NCBI RefSeq assembly: GCF_018977255.1
Contig: NW_024704743.1
Coordinates: forward strand, 20,896,001 to 20,960,000
DNA length: 64,000 nucleotides
Direction of reading: 5' to 3'
Source: Callorhinchus milii
Lineage: Eukaryota
A program made the position numbers and the translations under genes. The first letter of the stretch is position 1. Each line of letters opens with the position of its first letter. Of the stretch, positions 37,540-52,240 are shown piece after piece. The notes below the pieces were generated by a model. That model saw only the letters and a program-made list of their open reading frames with translations, made no database searches and was not told the origin of the DNA.

Positions 37540-38169
37540 CTCAGATAAATGAATAAATAGCTGCCCCTGCTTTTTACTCACTTTTACTCAGTTTATTGTC
37601 CACTTCAACTAATGCAAGCAAATCACAACAACAACCTAGGCTTGTTTTCTTTTCTCAACATTTTTCAAAGGATGTTATCAGACTTTGGGATAATTATACA
37701 ATTACTTGAATGAAGTTAATGTGCAAATAAAGAGAAATAAAAAGAAAAAGGTACAACTGCTGGAAATCAAGAAAGAAAGAAAATGCAGGAAGTGCACAAT
37801 ATGTATATGAGCATTTGAAAGAAAAAGGTTAATGTTTCAGGTGTGACTTTTCATCAGATCTCATTTCATCAAATACAGCACCAGAATGCTATCGTAGATT
37901 AGATTCAACACAGACATGGCAATGTTACAGTTTTGGTAGCTATTTGTGATATCATCTCTCAAAAGGTATTAAGAATTCACGTAGACTAAAATCATTATCT
38001 ATGTATCTATTTCAACATGTGTCTTCATGTTATGCTGTCCACTCGGACAACATAGCTCTGAAGCAAAATGCAGCACCAGATCTTTAATGACCTCTAGTGG
38101 AAACAATAGTTTATTGCCACACTCTCTAACCTATTGTTGTGGGGAAAAGGAGACAGAAAATGCTGGAAA

Positions 38170-38500
38170 TCTCGCAAGTGATTCCCAGGCAGGGCAAAAT
38201 CTTAAGCAAATTTCCTTTCTCCCCACGCTTCTGTTTACCTACCCATAAGTGGTGGTTGTTAGTCGATTGGTGGATTGCTTTCCCGGGGTATTAATCCTTC
38301 CAAAAATAGATAAAAATAATAATAATAATTTGGTCAGCCAATCCACGATTGTTTGTGGGACACTGCTGTGCACAATTGGCTGCCAGGTTTCGCCCACAAA
38401 ATACATAGTCAATCCAGTTTACAATATTCTGTGAAGCGCTTTGAGACGTCTCAACAACGTGATAAGGCGCTATATCAAATGCAAGGATTATTATTATTAC
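38170..38500 (+). mobile_element. tRNA-SINE, long form, 5'-eroded
   Basis: Matches 3541-3950. Confidence 0.8.
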
Positions 38501-41349
38501 CTGCTGCAGGTTTCGAGCACTTGTTGGAATTATTCCAGCTATTGGTAATTTAATGTTGTGCTATTACTGCACTGTTCGTGGCAAATCAGCAAATCAGCAC
38601 AAAAAGCACTGTATAAATCCTGATTTATTAACTTGATCTAAAAGCGAACCAGACTGGTGATGAGCCACTGATACCAAGTGATAGGTTTCACAATGCTGCA
38701 GGGTGAAGATGCCAGTCGATTTGAGATTCCTTTTCCAAACAAAACTATAGCACCTTAACAACAATCATAATCTTCTAGAAGATTGATCAGTCTTGAGAAG
38801 ACTTTTGATTGGCACATCAAAGAAATGCTTTTCATGCATAAATAGGTCTGCCCAACCATATGTTTCTAACCGCTTGTAGTTTATCTGATGCAGGTGTGTG
38901 GATGCGAAAATAATGTAGCGTATAAATTCTTGTCTGGTCAAAAGCACTGCCGAAGAACACTAAATGGAACATTTTAAAATATTATCACTGCTAAAACATT
39001 AAAACATTAAAATACTGATTCCTAACCAATATAATTGTATAAGTAAAAATCAGGCTTCCAATGAATAGAAATTGTTTTGCTTCCAGTCATTACTGTAGTG
39101 TATATTCTGTGAAGTGCTTTGAGCTCCTTAGAAAACGTGATAAGGCGCTATACCAAATGCAAAGATTATGATTATTATTATTATTATTTCTGCCTAGAAG
39201 AGACAACTTCAATAGGAGAGTTAGAATAACATAGGCACAGTGAACAGTGATGAAATTCATATGATTCTGTGATCAAGATTAACATTGATGATAATATGTT
39301 AGTTATGCAACTGAGGCACCTTGTGTTGCTTTGTAACCTTGAGATGTATTGACCATTGACAAAGCAGAATCTAATAGTCACTGAGCTATTGAGACCTATG
39401 GATAAAATGTACCTTCGGATTAGACATTAAACCGAGGTCCTGTCTGTCTTTTCAGGTGGATAGTCCATAGCACTATTTGACAAAATCCAGTGTTCTGGAT
39501 AACAGTTCCCCCAAATAAAATTGGTCATTCACTTCATGACTGCTTGTGGGATACTGCTGTGTGCAAATTGACCCGTGTGTTTGCCTACAAGTACACAGTC
39601 ATTCCACCTTACAGTAAGCTCTTTGAGACATCCTCCTGATATGAAAGGCACTATATCAAATGTAAGGATTATTATTATTATTGTTGTACAAAATAATCTG
39701 CATTAGTTCAAGAATTAGTTTTTCAATTATTATAAAGGGACAGCAATTTCTCATTAGCAAGTAATGATCAAGCATTAACAAGCATTCACTTAAGTAAAGT
39801 ATCTGAAAGAATGAGCTGTATAGTTTAGGGCACTACCAAGCTAGAAAATTATAAGAGAGTAACTGGATCATTTAAATACAAGTAGTTAGGTACATCAATT
39901 TTGGATTTTAAAAGGCTGTAGATTGTGTGAGAAAGGGAAGTCTGAGAGTTTTTTTTATGAAGCATCTCAAAGCTCTTTACAGTAATTACTATAAGTCCAG
40001 TCACTAATTATACAGGCAAATATGGCCGTCAATTTGTGCACAAGTTCACCCAAAGAAGTAAAGTTACAGTATTCTGTCTCTGGCTGTGCTTTGTCTGACC
40101 TGAGAGTTCCTGATATAGTGTGTGAGATTGTGAGACTTCAATGATGTAGACTTGTAATTGGATTATTTCATTACAAGAATCCCCAATTATAAGAGGAACT
40201 TTACTCTATATGGCCAATAGGGAAACCTATACCATTCCCCACCACTAAATTCCCTTTATCAGGAGGCGAAAGGATATTCACCAAAAAATGTATCAATGTA
40301 AAAATTCAGAAACCAAAATGACTGGGTGGTGCAGTAAATTTGGAGCCAAAAGCAAAGTACTGTGAATTGATGTGATCTGGATTCTATTTCTATTCTACTG
40401 AATTAAATAGTGCTCTGAGATGCTATCGTGTGCTATGCTAAATGCAAGTTGTTGATAATCCTTACATTTGATACAGCGATTTTCACTTTGGGATCACATC
40501 TCAAAGCACTGCAAAACATTTACTGTAAATTGTAGTAACTGTGAATTTTGTAGTTCCTAACCTTAGAGAAGGTGAGGAGATGTTGAATTGGGTGCCTTCT
40601 CCAAGCTGTTTACTCCTTCCTAGCAGTTGACCAAGAGTAAGAATTATAACAGTGTCTGGTAGTAAACCATCTGCCTGGTCTCCTGGCTGTAAGGAAGGTG
40701 TGGCACATAACTTACTGCAAGGTTGGAAAACTAGTGGAAAATGATATCCTTATTAAAAGCAAATCCCAACTCAATCTCTACAAATTGTAATGTATTGGTT
40801 AAAGCACTTGCCTCGCTAGTGACACGACTCAGGCTCAATTCATGGACACGGCAAAACCTTAGGCAAGTTTAAAATGCAAGGATTACTATTATTATAAATT
40901 GTGTATAGACACTTCTATTTGTTTGGTTTTGTGGTATGAAAATTATATTTTGGAGAAAATGTTTCACATTTATTAGAAAGTGTAGAAAATAAAATAGAAG
41001 TGCTGTTGAGTGGATGATGTCCGTCATGAACTATTGACACAGCCATGGCCCACTGAGCTGAAACTAAATCTTGTCTACTAAGGATCAGACCAGGCAGTGT
41101 AAGACACAGCTGCCTTAAGTTTAATAACTGCAGGCCTGGCTCCAGTGGTTGCTATTCACTATAAAACTTCATATTGCAATTCACTCATACTCATTATGTT
41201 TCAGCCCCAACCCCTCAGTAGTTGTTATTCATTCAACAGCACTTTTCCACAAAAGTAGTAATTTCATGTACAGTGGTTTTCTATGTTAAAGCACCACAGG
41301 TACCATTAAGTGCATACAGGACAATTACATACCCAAGTACAGCAGGGGA

Positions 41350-42790
41350 CACATTAAATAAAAACAAAAACCACACCAAAATGTAGAATAAAAAGGGAGA
41401 TCAAGGGGAAAAAAGGAAGATTTAGAAAGCTTGTAGGGAGAAAGGAGAGGGCTGGGCTGAAAACAAGAATGTAAAGAACGAAATAAAAATACAGATAAGA
41501 TTGCCAAGAGAGAACTGGAAAGGGACATGGCAACAAACGCAAAACACAATGTTAAACCATTCTTTTAGTATTAAACAGTAAGAGGATAGTCAGGGAAAAT
41601 GTTAAACCCTGATGGATTAAAAGGGGGTTGAAAGAGAGAATGAGTTAGCGAACATATTAAATGATGACTTCCTGGATGTTTTTACGAGACAGAGCACTAA
41701 AACTAAGCACCCAACATCCAGCAAACGTAGTTTGAGCTCCAGGACTTTGACATTAGTCAAGCTGAGGTTCTAGAAAGCCTTAAGGAGCTGAAAGCCAACA
41801 AATGACAAAGGAACTATACCTGAGGGTACTTGGTAGACATGGCAGGAGATTTGTGCAGCACTGGCCAACATTATTAAGGTAGGCAATCACCATTGGTGAA
41901 GTTCCAAAGGACTGGAAGCAATAAATGGTGTTCCCATAATCCAGACAAATGACAGAGCCATACCTGGCAACTACAGAACTATTCAACTGACCTCATTAAT
42001 TGGGAAAATTAATAATAAATAATAATCAACATGGGTTCAGAAAGGGTAGGTCTTGTCTGACCAACATCATAGACTTTTTTGTGGTGTTGACAGGCAACAT
42101 TGCCCATGAAAAGCTACATGATGTAGTGTATCTAGATTTTCAAAAGGTATTTGACAAAATACCACATGAAAGACTCCTTCACAAACTTGGGTTAGTAGGT
42201 ATCTGAGGTAAGATGCGGACATGGATTTAGAATAGATTGAAGGGAAGGAAGCAGAGGGTGAGGGCAATAGGTCAAAATGTGGAAAGGAATTAAGTAGGGT
42301 ACCAGGGGTCTGTCCTGGGACCCCTCTTGTTCCTTGTATGTATTACTGATCTGGATTTGCAGACCCAGATTTGGTGTAATGTAATTAAGCTTGCAGATGA
42401 CACCAAACTAGGGAGAACTATAGAATCCGAGTAGGCAGCAACGTTCTTACAAAGTGAGTTTGATAGGGTATGTGCATGGGTTGATAACTGGTAAATTAAA
42501 TTTAAAACAGGTAACAACAACAACAAAATTACATTTATAGAGTGCCTATGCAAGGCACTACATATAGTAAATGCAAGGCACTACATATAACAAATAAGTA
42601 GAGGAGGTACATATATTCCATGGATGGGATAGAACTTGCCAAGGCAGCAAGCTCAAAGAGATCTAGCAAGCTACGAACAACAATTAGATAAATAAGGGCT
42701 CTTCAGTTTTGAAAGGAGACATCTCAGAGGGGACATAATGGATGTATACCACATTTTAAATGGGATTGAGAAAGTAAACCCAATGAGTTC
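41350..42790 (+). mobile_element. CR1 LINE ORF2 fragment, decayed
   Basis: QHGFRKGRSCLTNIIDFF, VVYLDFQKVFDKIPHERLLHKL, QGSVLGPLLF and ADDTKL. Confidence 0.88.
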
Positions 42791-45279
42791 AATAATTATT
42801 ATTAATATTATTGTATAGAACTCTGTCAAACCTTCTATTGTGACAACATTACTTCTGGTTGAAATTCTAAATAATCCCTGCAAGAAATTATTTTGGACTA
42901 TAAAACCAAACAAAGGAAAAGCAAACTTTCCAATCAAAACTTGCTCCTGACAAACAGGTGACTCACATATTGTTTTTAGTTATTATACAATAGAGGTTGA
43001 ACGACTACAGAGTATGATGTTATAAGAATTCAGGAACTCACAAGCAATGTTCAGATCATCATACTGTCTTAAAAAAAAACCCACATGTACAACAAATATA
43101 CAACAATAAATTACATTTGTTTAGCAACTTTCAATTTGGGAGGACTTCCCAAAGTGATGTGAAATATAGTGGAATTACTGGGTTCAGCAGCCTGTTGGTA
43201 AAAAAATCGTCAGGAGAGACGTTCCAAATTGGATGAGATACATTCCTGAAAATATTATGTATTTGGCTTTCTCTCAAAACTTCACGTAAGTTCACAAAAT
43301 ATAGCAGTAATATTTACAAGAGATTTTGTACTCCTTATGGATTCAGTTCACAATGTTGTATTTAAAAAGAGTTTTTAAAAGATAAAGTTCTATGGTTATA
43401 GCTCAAGTTGTGGCACCTGATAACTACAGCCCATATTGTTCTATGGATTTGGACCCAGGTCAATTTGCCACCAAGCAGCTTTTAATGCTTTTTTTTAAAA
43501 AAGCTGTTCCTTATTTACAGACATACATACATGCCATAATTTGCTTAGTCGTGGTTGAGTAATGCAGATTGTAATATTAGATTAAATTTACTCAAATTTC
43601 GCTTAATTAGATTTGGGGCCACCGAGCTATTTCAAAGAATTTTAACTTCTTGCAAAGTTTTGAATGCGAATATTCCCTTACCTCAGGAGATTAACCCTTA
43701 GTTTATAGCTAAGGGTTAAGAGGTGAGAACAGAACAGAACATTATATGAGACTGGAGGTCAGGCCTTTCCACTATTGCCAGAACAAATGTATTAGTTTGG
43801 GACTTCTCAAGGGCCTGGACCCAAGGAGAGAAAGTGCCTTTCACATTGGAAGGATGTCCCAAAATGTTCACAATAATAATAATCCTTGAATTTGATATAG
43901 CAGCTTATCAAGTCGTTGAGACGTCTCAAAGCTCTTCACAGAATATAGTGTAAAGTGAATTGACTGTATATTTTGTTAACAATCCTGGTTGCTGGTTTGA
44001 CACATTCTCACGCAAACAAATGCATCGATCACTCAGGTTTTTTTTATATAGATGTAACTAACACTAAGTGATACATTTTGCTCTTTGTGAAATGTAATTA
44101 ATGGGCCAACAATTTCCTTAATTGCATGCCATCAAATAAAGTGACATTTCCTTTTTGCATTTCCATCTCAGGATAATGAACATTCAAGTATCGAGGAGAA
44201 CTGCCAATTGTAACAAGAGCTTATTCAGAGGTTCTCACAATACTAAAAGATTGCCTAATATGGCTAAGGCTGTGGTAAAAACAATACACATGCAATAGTT
44301 TAAAATCTATCACCTCATCTTACATCAAAAGGTCGCCCTGGCACATTCCAAAGTATCCATCAAGGCCACATTCCCATTTCGCTGAGCAATTTCCCCAAAA
44401 TACAATTGAATTAATGACTACAATGTCGAATCTCAAAGGTATTTACAGGTATGTGCTGTCAAGTTTAGTTACTATGTACGTTTAGGCAGAAGTGACTGCC
44501 AATTTGCAAATAGACAGGCCCCACAAACAGCATGTGATGAATAACCAAATTATCTGGAGTAATGTACATTCCGTAGCTGGCTAATCCCTAAAGATAATAA
44601 TGAAAATATTTACATTTGATACAACACCTTTCACATCAGGTGGATATCTCAAAGTGCTTCACAGGATAATCTGTAGAGTGTAATGCCTTTCTCGTTTTGA
44701 ATATGCCATTGGAGTGTCCTCTGGAACAAGCAGACGGGATCTTGGTTTAAAGACAGCACCTCCAACAATGTAGGATGCCCCCACACTTCTTGGTTGTTTG
44801 CTGAACATTGGTGTATGCAAACTGGTCCCATATTTGAATACAAAAAAAAGTCTCTGCACTTCACAGTAGTCATTTGTGGAGCACTTTAGGACATTCTATG
44901 TGACAAGGGACCATACAAATCAAGTTCCATTTTTCCCTGAAAGGATTTACAAACACACACTGATTATCAAAGAGTATCTGAGTTGCTCCCTGCATTATTT
45001 GGGAGTTGGGAGAGTACGAGCAGGATATTAATTTCAATGACTGGTTAGGTAACTTATATGTGCAGGAGGAAATAGAGTTTGTAGATAACTGTTGGTACAA
45101 AACATAAAAGCAACAATTGCATTTTATTTCAACTAGATTTAGAGGGGGAGAAGAGAATGGTGTGGTAGAGAAGAAAGATCTCATATCTGTTGATATTCAA
45201 GAAGAAATGGGAAGGGTTGAAGTTAAGAATAAAAGGGAAAACAGTATGGACCAAAACAAAAGGGGAAATATAATAAAGC

Positions 45280-45595
45280 ATAATAATAATCCTGGCATTT
45301 GATAGAGCACCTTATCACATCATTGAGATTCTTCAAAGCACTTCACAGAATATATTGTAAAGTGGCTGAAAGGCGGCAGCCAATTACACACAGCAGTGTC
45401 CCACAAAAAGTCCTGGATTAAGTGACCACAATTTTTTTTTGAGGAATTATTACCCCCGGAAAGCTATCTGCCAATCGAGTAACAAACAGGTTTCTACTTA
45501 TGGAGTAACAAAACTTACCTAAAGTTTCGCTCCTCCTGGGAATCGAACCCGGGTCCTATCACTTGCGAGGCGAGTGCGCTAACCACTACGCTAAA
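45280..45595 (-). mobile_element. tRNA-SINE, long form
   Basis: Head TAGCGTAGTGGTTAGCGCACTCGCCTCGCAAG...GGTTCGATTCCC (intact B box); shared tail. Confidence 0.8.
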
Positions 45596-46289
45596 GTATA
45601 TCAGGAGCATAAAGATAATGCAGACAGAAAACCTGTCAGGCAGGTTAAGGCTGTAAAGAGTAAAATGATAGCAGTGATGCTGGAAGTATTCAAAATACAA
45701 TGGTTGGAACTGGAGGTACAGGTAGCAACTGGTAATCTCAATGTGGTAGGATTATACCCATTATCTCAATAATTAGAAAAATCAATCATCAGAAAGAAAA
45801 TATCTAATAATCTAATTAATTCTAATAATCTAATAATAGTAAGTGCCCCCTCCCAACTTGCCCAAGTTAAGATCAGATGTTGTTGGGCCATTTGGTTGAT
45901 ATTGCAACACTATCCTTGGAAATGTGGGGATCTTCAGTCTGATTCCTGAAGAGAGCAGAATCTGCTTTACAGGATACTGACTTCATTTAGTGGGTATCGT
46001 TTTCTGCCGCACTCGACTGGCAGTCTTGGCGAACAGACAACTTTTTATTACAGGGTGCTAGCCTGGGGGAGGGTGGGGAAGAGGATTGATAGACCTAAAG
46101 GAGTGATACATTGTATCATTCTTGTGCAAGGTCTGACTTATTGCATTGAATTCAACATCAATAAAATTGCATGTCAGATAAAACTGAATTTGGAAACGTC
46201 AATGTAAGGAGGGTTGGAGGAGCTTTAGTTAAAAAGTAATTTCCGTCTGAATCTAAGGGAGTTTTGGAAACCAGATTATTACAAAGAAG

Positions 46290-46960
46290 CATAGAAATCT
46301 CAGCACTGAAGGAGGCAATTCAGTTTATTGTGTCTGTGTTACTGCTACCTGTTTTTTTAAGTCGCCTTTTTTTATTAATCCCATTTGCCATCTCTTTCCC
46401 CCACGTTCCTTAATCTTTTTACTTATGAGGTGTTTTTGAATGCTTCTATTGATTCTGCCTCAATAGCCACTTGTGGTTAGGAATTCCACAACTTAACAGT
46501 CCTCTGAGTGAAAAAAAATCCTTCTAGCCTCTCTCCTGCTAACAATCCCCTTCTCACCGATTTCCCAAAGGAAATAGTTTTTTCCTCTTTACCTTGGCGT
46601 GCCCCTTCAGAATCTTAAACACTCCATCATATCCCTTCTGAATCTTTTCTATTCTAATGTGTAAAAAACCCAATGTAGCCTGCTTCTCTTCATATCTATA
46701 TTCTATCAAAGCGAGTACAGTATCAACCTAGTAAATCTGAGCGGTAAACACTCAATTCCTCTGACATTCTTTCTATGATGGAACATTAGAAACTGAACAC
46801 AATATTCCAGCTGTGACCTAAACAATATTATATTCAATTCCAATTGATTTCACTACTTTTGATAAATTCAATAGCCCTGTTTATAAATACCAGAACGCCG
46901 TTTGCCTTTTTGGTAACTGGTTGTACGATCCAACCCTTCTTAATGATTTATGTATCTCAG
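46290..46960 (-). mobile_element. Old CR1 3' fragment
   Basis: Typical CR1 3' region (GAATTCCACA..TTAACA..CCTCTGAGTGAAAAAA; AACTGAACACAATATTCCAG = LEYCVQF on minus). Confidence 0.7.
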
Positions 46961-48084
46961 ATCTCTTTGTTCATCCTCTCCATTTAGTGCTTTTAGCCTT
47001 CAGTTTACAGTGTCCTTCTGACGTGAAAGGCGCAATACAAATGTAATTTTGTTGTTGTCACTCCCTACTGTTTTTTCCCAAAATACAGTGCCACTTGGCA
47101 TTAGAGAGGTTACAGCAAAGGGCAGCTAGATTGATGGCTACAATTAAATACAGCACTGAGTTATAATGAGAGCAAGTGCTTGATAAGAGGCAACATTGAG
47201 TCTTCAATGTTCACAAAGCTCAGAAGAATTTATATTAATAATAATAATCCTTGCATTTGATATCATGCCTAATTCTCTTGTCAAGACATCTCAAAGCATA
47301 AGAAAAACAGCATATACTGTAAAGTGGAGTGATTGTGTAATTTGTGGGCAAACACAGCAGCCAGATTTCGCAGGACAGCAGTGTCCCACAAACATCCATG
47401 AAGTGAGTGACCAATTTTTAACTGGCGGATTGTCAGCTAGGACACAGGGAGAGAGAAACTCCCTTCTCTTTTCGACTGGCGCCATGGGATCTTCCAGATC
47501 CTAAATTGTACGATAGTCAATGAGCCTAGATTATTAGATATTGTGTTTAATAACCCCAATAATGTGTTCAACATGGTTACAAACTTTACAATCTAGGGGA
47601 CAATCGTCAGGATCAGAAGAGGGATGGTGAGCATACTGTTCAGATTTAATTACTTTACACAAAGAGTGTTGAATATTGTATGAGGAACAGACTAGCCAAG
47701 AATATCCAGCAAGTGGATGCAGATTGTGTCAGCAATTTGAAGAAGGAATTAAATAGCTCGTTGGGGAAGAAATTGATTCAGGGTTATGAGAAGTAGAGTA
47801 ATGTAGGATTATTTATTTTGCTTTGGAAATGGCCAGATGGGCCACAATAGTCTTTCTGGTTCTGTAAATTCGTACATTTCCCATATAAGCAAACATGAAC
47901 GTGACTGCTTGATTATCATTATCAGAGTTATTTCATATTTTATGTTTCACTTGTCTCTGAATATAAGGTATGTTTGGATTAATTATGCTAAGTTTAATAT
48001 AGGCAATATTTGAAATAAACATGTAAGATACCAACTTTCAATAATGGTAAGATACCATTATTTTCTCAGAGCTGTTACAGGTTG

Positions 48085-48290
48085 ATATAATAATAATCCT
48101 TGCATTTGATATAGCGCTTTTCACGTTGGAGGACGTCCCAAAGCGCTTCACAGAACACACTGTAAAGTGAATTGACTGTATATTTGTGGGCGAACGCGGC
48201 AGCCAATTGCGCACAGCAATGTCCCACAAACAGTCGTAGATTGAAAATCACCAATTTATTATTGTTTTCGGTTTTGGAGGGATTATTATT
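48085..48290 (-). mobile_element. Young SINE, 5'-truncated
   Basis: Near-identical to 30153-30360. Confidence 0.9.
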
Positions 48291-51200
48291 GATTGATGCA
48301 ATTATAACCTGGGGTTTGGGGCCTGTAAAATTAGACACTGCAAAGCACGATGGCCGATCAGGTCACAACTGCTCTCAAACATTTCCAGCACTAGAAATCC
48401 TTGTAAGAGCAATCACAGCTGACCAACCAGCTTCCTGTGCACACATGAAGTCAGTCAGTCCATTGATAGAAGGTGGAAGTGAACTGCACTTCTGTTAACC
48501 ATGTGGCCACAGGACATTTGCTTCATATAGCTAGACATATAACTGGGTGATTCTATTCATGCCTGTCAAACACACAGAGCCCCATAAAATAAAGACTCTC
48601 TGTTTCTTCTGTCACATTACCAAGTTCAAATCTATCCATATCCTCTGCAATCACTGTCTCTCCAAATACTTTTCCACTGTCTGCTGTAGTCAATCTTTTT
48701 AGTCCACAGGATTATTACTGTAAAAATATCAGTTACCTTTAATGTTATATCAGTAATGATTAATGACTCTAAATGCAGCACAAACTATCCGGTGGGGCAG
48801 ATCTAATAGAATGTTACACACTAGGATGAAAGATGACAGAATTATATCTCTAAACAAGGCCTGTATTTTCTCCCAGGTTATCTGAGCAAAATATGTTTTG
48901 AGTATAGAAAGCAGAATATAGAAAGGATACTTAATTTTCTTTTCAACATTTTGCTTTCTGAATATAGTTATGAGCTCCTGACCTATGATAAGAAAGTCAT
49001 GTGATAGTGTCTATTATAAATCATAGCAACATTCCCTACAACAGTTAAGCAATTATTTGCATTGCACTGTATCTAGGCTAGTGTGACAAAAATGATAATA
49101 AAACAATTAAACAACATTTACAAAATACACAGTGTATCGCAGACCACATTTACTTTGATTATTTCAGCTTCATTAAACCAGGTCTTTAAGATGTTATCTT
49201 TCTGTTGCTTGCACTACATCTCCTCACCTTGGCCCTTACAAAGCAGGAAGTAATCAAAATATCTACGAACACATGAGGATTCAATTAAAATGTGATTGTT
49301 CTAAGACTACAGTTCCAGTGTCATTATCTGCTGGACTCATTATGGTATTTTGCTTAGCAAATTAGGTCAGCAATCTGCTTGACTGTGGCTTTGTCACTGG
49401 CTAAGTTGCAACAACTTCTGGGAACAGAGCCAAAATGTCATTAACATTCCAAATGATTAGTTTAATTGAAAAACATAAATTTCAGCCCCCCCCCCAACCC
49501 CCCTTTCAGAAGGAGTAAATCACAGAATCACACTGTTCTGGTTTAACTCTTTCATTCTTAACTTAAAGAAGAACATTTAGAATGGTACTCCAGACATCAA
49601 AACGTAACAATAATCTTTGCATTTTTCTTGGCAAACATGGCAGCCAATTTGCGCATGGAAATGCCTCACCAACAGCCATGATGCAAATTATAGAATCATA
49701 GAATATTACAGCACAGAAGGAGGCCAAATGATCAATTTTATCCAGGGTGTTGTTGGCCAGGACACAGGAAAAAATAGTCTTCAGCAGTCCATATGGGAGG
49801 TTGGGGTGGGGAATTATTCTTTGGAGGGGCTGAGTAAAACTCACTTAAAGGATCCGGACCCTTTAAGACAGGTGACTCTTTTGGCTTGAATGACAGGATC
49901 ATTGGTTAATCAGGTGAGGATGTCCAGATGACCAGCTCTTGAGTTGGGAGAGGGGCAAAAGAGCATCTACGGGTGCCCGCGGATTGGGGTTTCTTGGAAG
50001 ACTGGTTGTGGTTCTCCTCAGGGCTCAGGGCTTTCCCCTTCCAGCTCCTTAAAGAGATGAGCTGTAGTTAGTCCCTCTAGTCCAAGCCACCTGCTGCCTA
50101 GGGCAGTCCAGTGTTTTGACAGCTTTTTTATTACAATGTTGTGCAAATATTCAACCGCTGTTTCGGTACATGTCGCATGAATTCCTAATTACTTGTAGGT
50201 CTCAACACGTCATCACTAAATTCTAATATTTACTAAGGGAATGCTATTGTCAAACTGAATGTCAAATAGCAGGAATTGATAAAAAATAAACCTTCCATTA
50301 TGTCAACAAGCACCAATACATTTTTCTGGCCTTCACATCTGGAAGAATTACACAAATGTATACATTAAAACAAAATGAAAAGCATGCAGTATATCACGAA
50401 TAATTGCAGTCTGCTAAGCTGGTTACAATTTAATGCACTGGGAAATAGCCAAATGTCTCCAGACATTGTATGACTGGGACTGAGGCAGCACATGATCAGG
50501 TTCATGGCTTCCATGCTGATTCTGATATTGCTCATAGTTAACCCCATAACACTGCCAAATGTGCATGATTGAGGTATTTATGGCAAGTGATCTAAATATT
50601 GCTGAGTATTAATATGTTGCCTTTCTTTTGGAAACAAAAACACTCCAAAAGATTCAGCCATAAACATTGAAAAAGGAAACAAATGAAATCTACGCAGTTA
50701 TATCCATCTGTGAGAAGTGTAGTACTTATGTAATACACAGAAGAATATAACTGTGTGTAATTTACATCTTTTAAGTTTTTGCAATTATTAAGAATAAGGT
50801 AATTTTCAATGAAATTGTAATTGAAAAAGAACTATGTTGTACGTGTTGACATTTTTATTATTCCGGATGTTAATTTTAAAGTAAGCATTTTCAATGTGGG
50901 CTAATTACATAATGTTGCACATTGGAATATGAGCCAGAGTGTGCTAAAGCGCACACATTGTTATGTCCTTAGGAAATTTGCAAATATTTCAACATAAGTT
51001 GATCAAACCGCAATAAATTGCTTCATTAATGCCTCAGCACAGACACTGACATGGAAAATGATTTCAGAGTTCATTTTGTGTGGGCAAATTATAACATCAT
51101 TGTTATGGGTGCCTACCAGGCGCTGTTGGTAGCACTTTTGCCTCTGGGTTTTATGTTCAAGCACAAAGCCATTGACTTTCAGCTTTCATCTAGACTGAAA

Positions 51201-51939
51201 GTTGCAATGACAGGGATGCCCTCCTTCAGATGAGATATTAAACCAAGGTCTTGGCTAACCAGCTGTTCAGGTAAATGGTAAATATTCCTATGACACTATT
51301 TGAAAAGAGAAGGGAGTTTCTCCCAGAGTCCAGGTCAACAATCCTCCAGTTAAGTTATTGATTTATCTCCTAGTTGTGTGTGGGAGATCACTGTGTGCAA
51401 ATTGGCTGCCTCATTCGACACAGTCACTTTAAAGAAAACTCTATCAGACACTTTGCGACTTTTCAACATATTGAGGCACTATATAAACTAATAGGATTAT
51501 TCAATCAGATTTTTAGATGATTGCAGACCTTTTTTACTTGTAAGACAGTTGCTGTGAGACAGTGAGACAGCAACCAATCGCCCCACGAAAATGTGATGCA
51601 AGCCCTTTGTATTTCTTTATAAATGGAGAGCAAAATAACTGCCAGAGAAGTGTGAATAGAGGAGGTTGGTCTGAAAATATTCTTTGGTTTCTCATTGCTC
51701 AAGTTCAGTGAGTGGGAGTGATGAATGCGGACAGTACAGAGACCATCTGTTATTATGTATAGTAGAGAGAGTTATCATCTCATTTTATAGGCTAAAGTAC
51801 GACTGTAACAATGTTGAGAGAACTTTACATTTAATATCTTCATTTCAGAGCAACTATTACTTTGTTGGAGAATGCATCATGGAGATGAAACTTTCTTAGC
51901 CCTGAATGGCAAGTGCAAGGTTTTATCCCAAGGTACTTG

Positions 51940-52240
51940 CCAAACCTTAGGCAAGTTTCCTTACTCCACACGCCTCTGTTTACTTATCAGTAAGTAGGAA
52001 CCCAGTTGTTAGTCAATTGGCAGATCACTTTCCAGGGGTAATAATCCTGCAAAACTGAATAATAATTTGGTCACTGAATCTCTGACTGTTTGTGGGCCAC
52101 TGCTGTGTGCAATTGGCTGCTGTGTTTTGCTCATAAAATATAGAGCCAATTCACTTTACAGTATATCCTGTGAAGAGCTTTGAGATGTCTCAACTATGTG
52201 AGAAGACACTATATCAAATGCAAGGATTATTATTATTACA
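51940..52240 (+). mobile_element. tRNA-SINE, long form, lacking head
   Basis: AAACCTTAGGCAAGTTTCCTTACTCCACACGCCTCTGTTTAC... through the (TTA)n tail. Confidence 0.85.

Noticed and set aside
49840..49870. Short hairpin CTTAAAGG-N8-CCTTTAAG
   Set aside because: An 8-bp stem is expected by chance in 64 kb.
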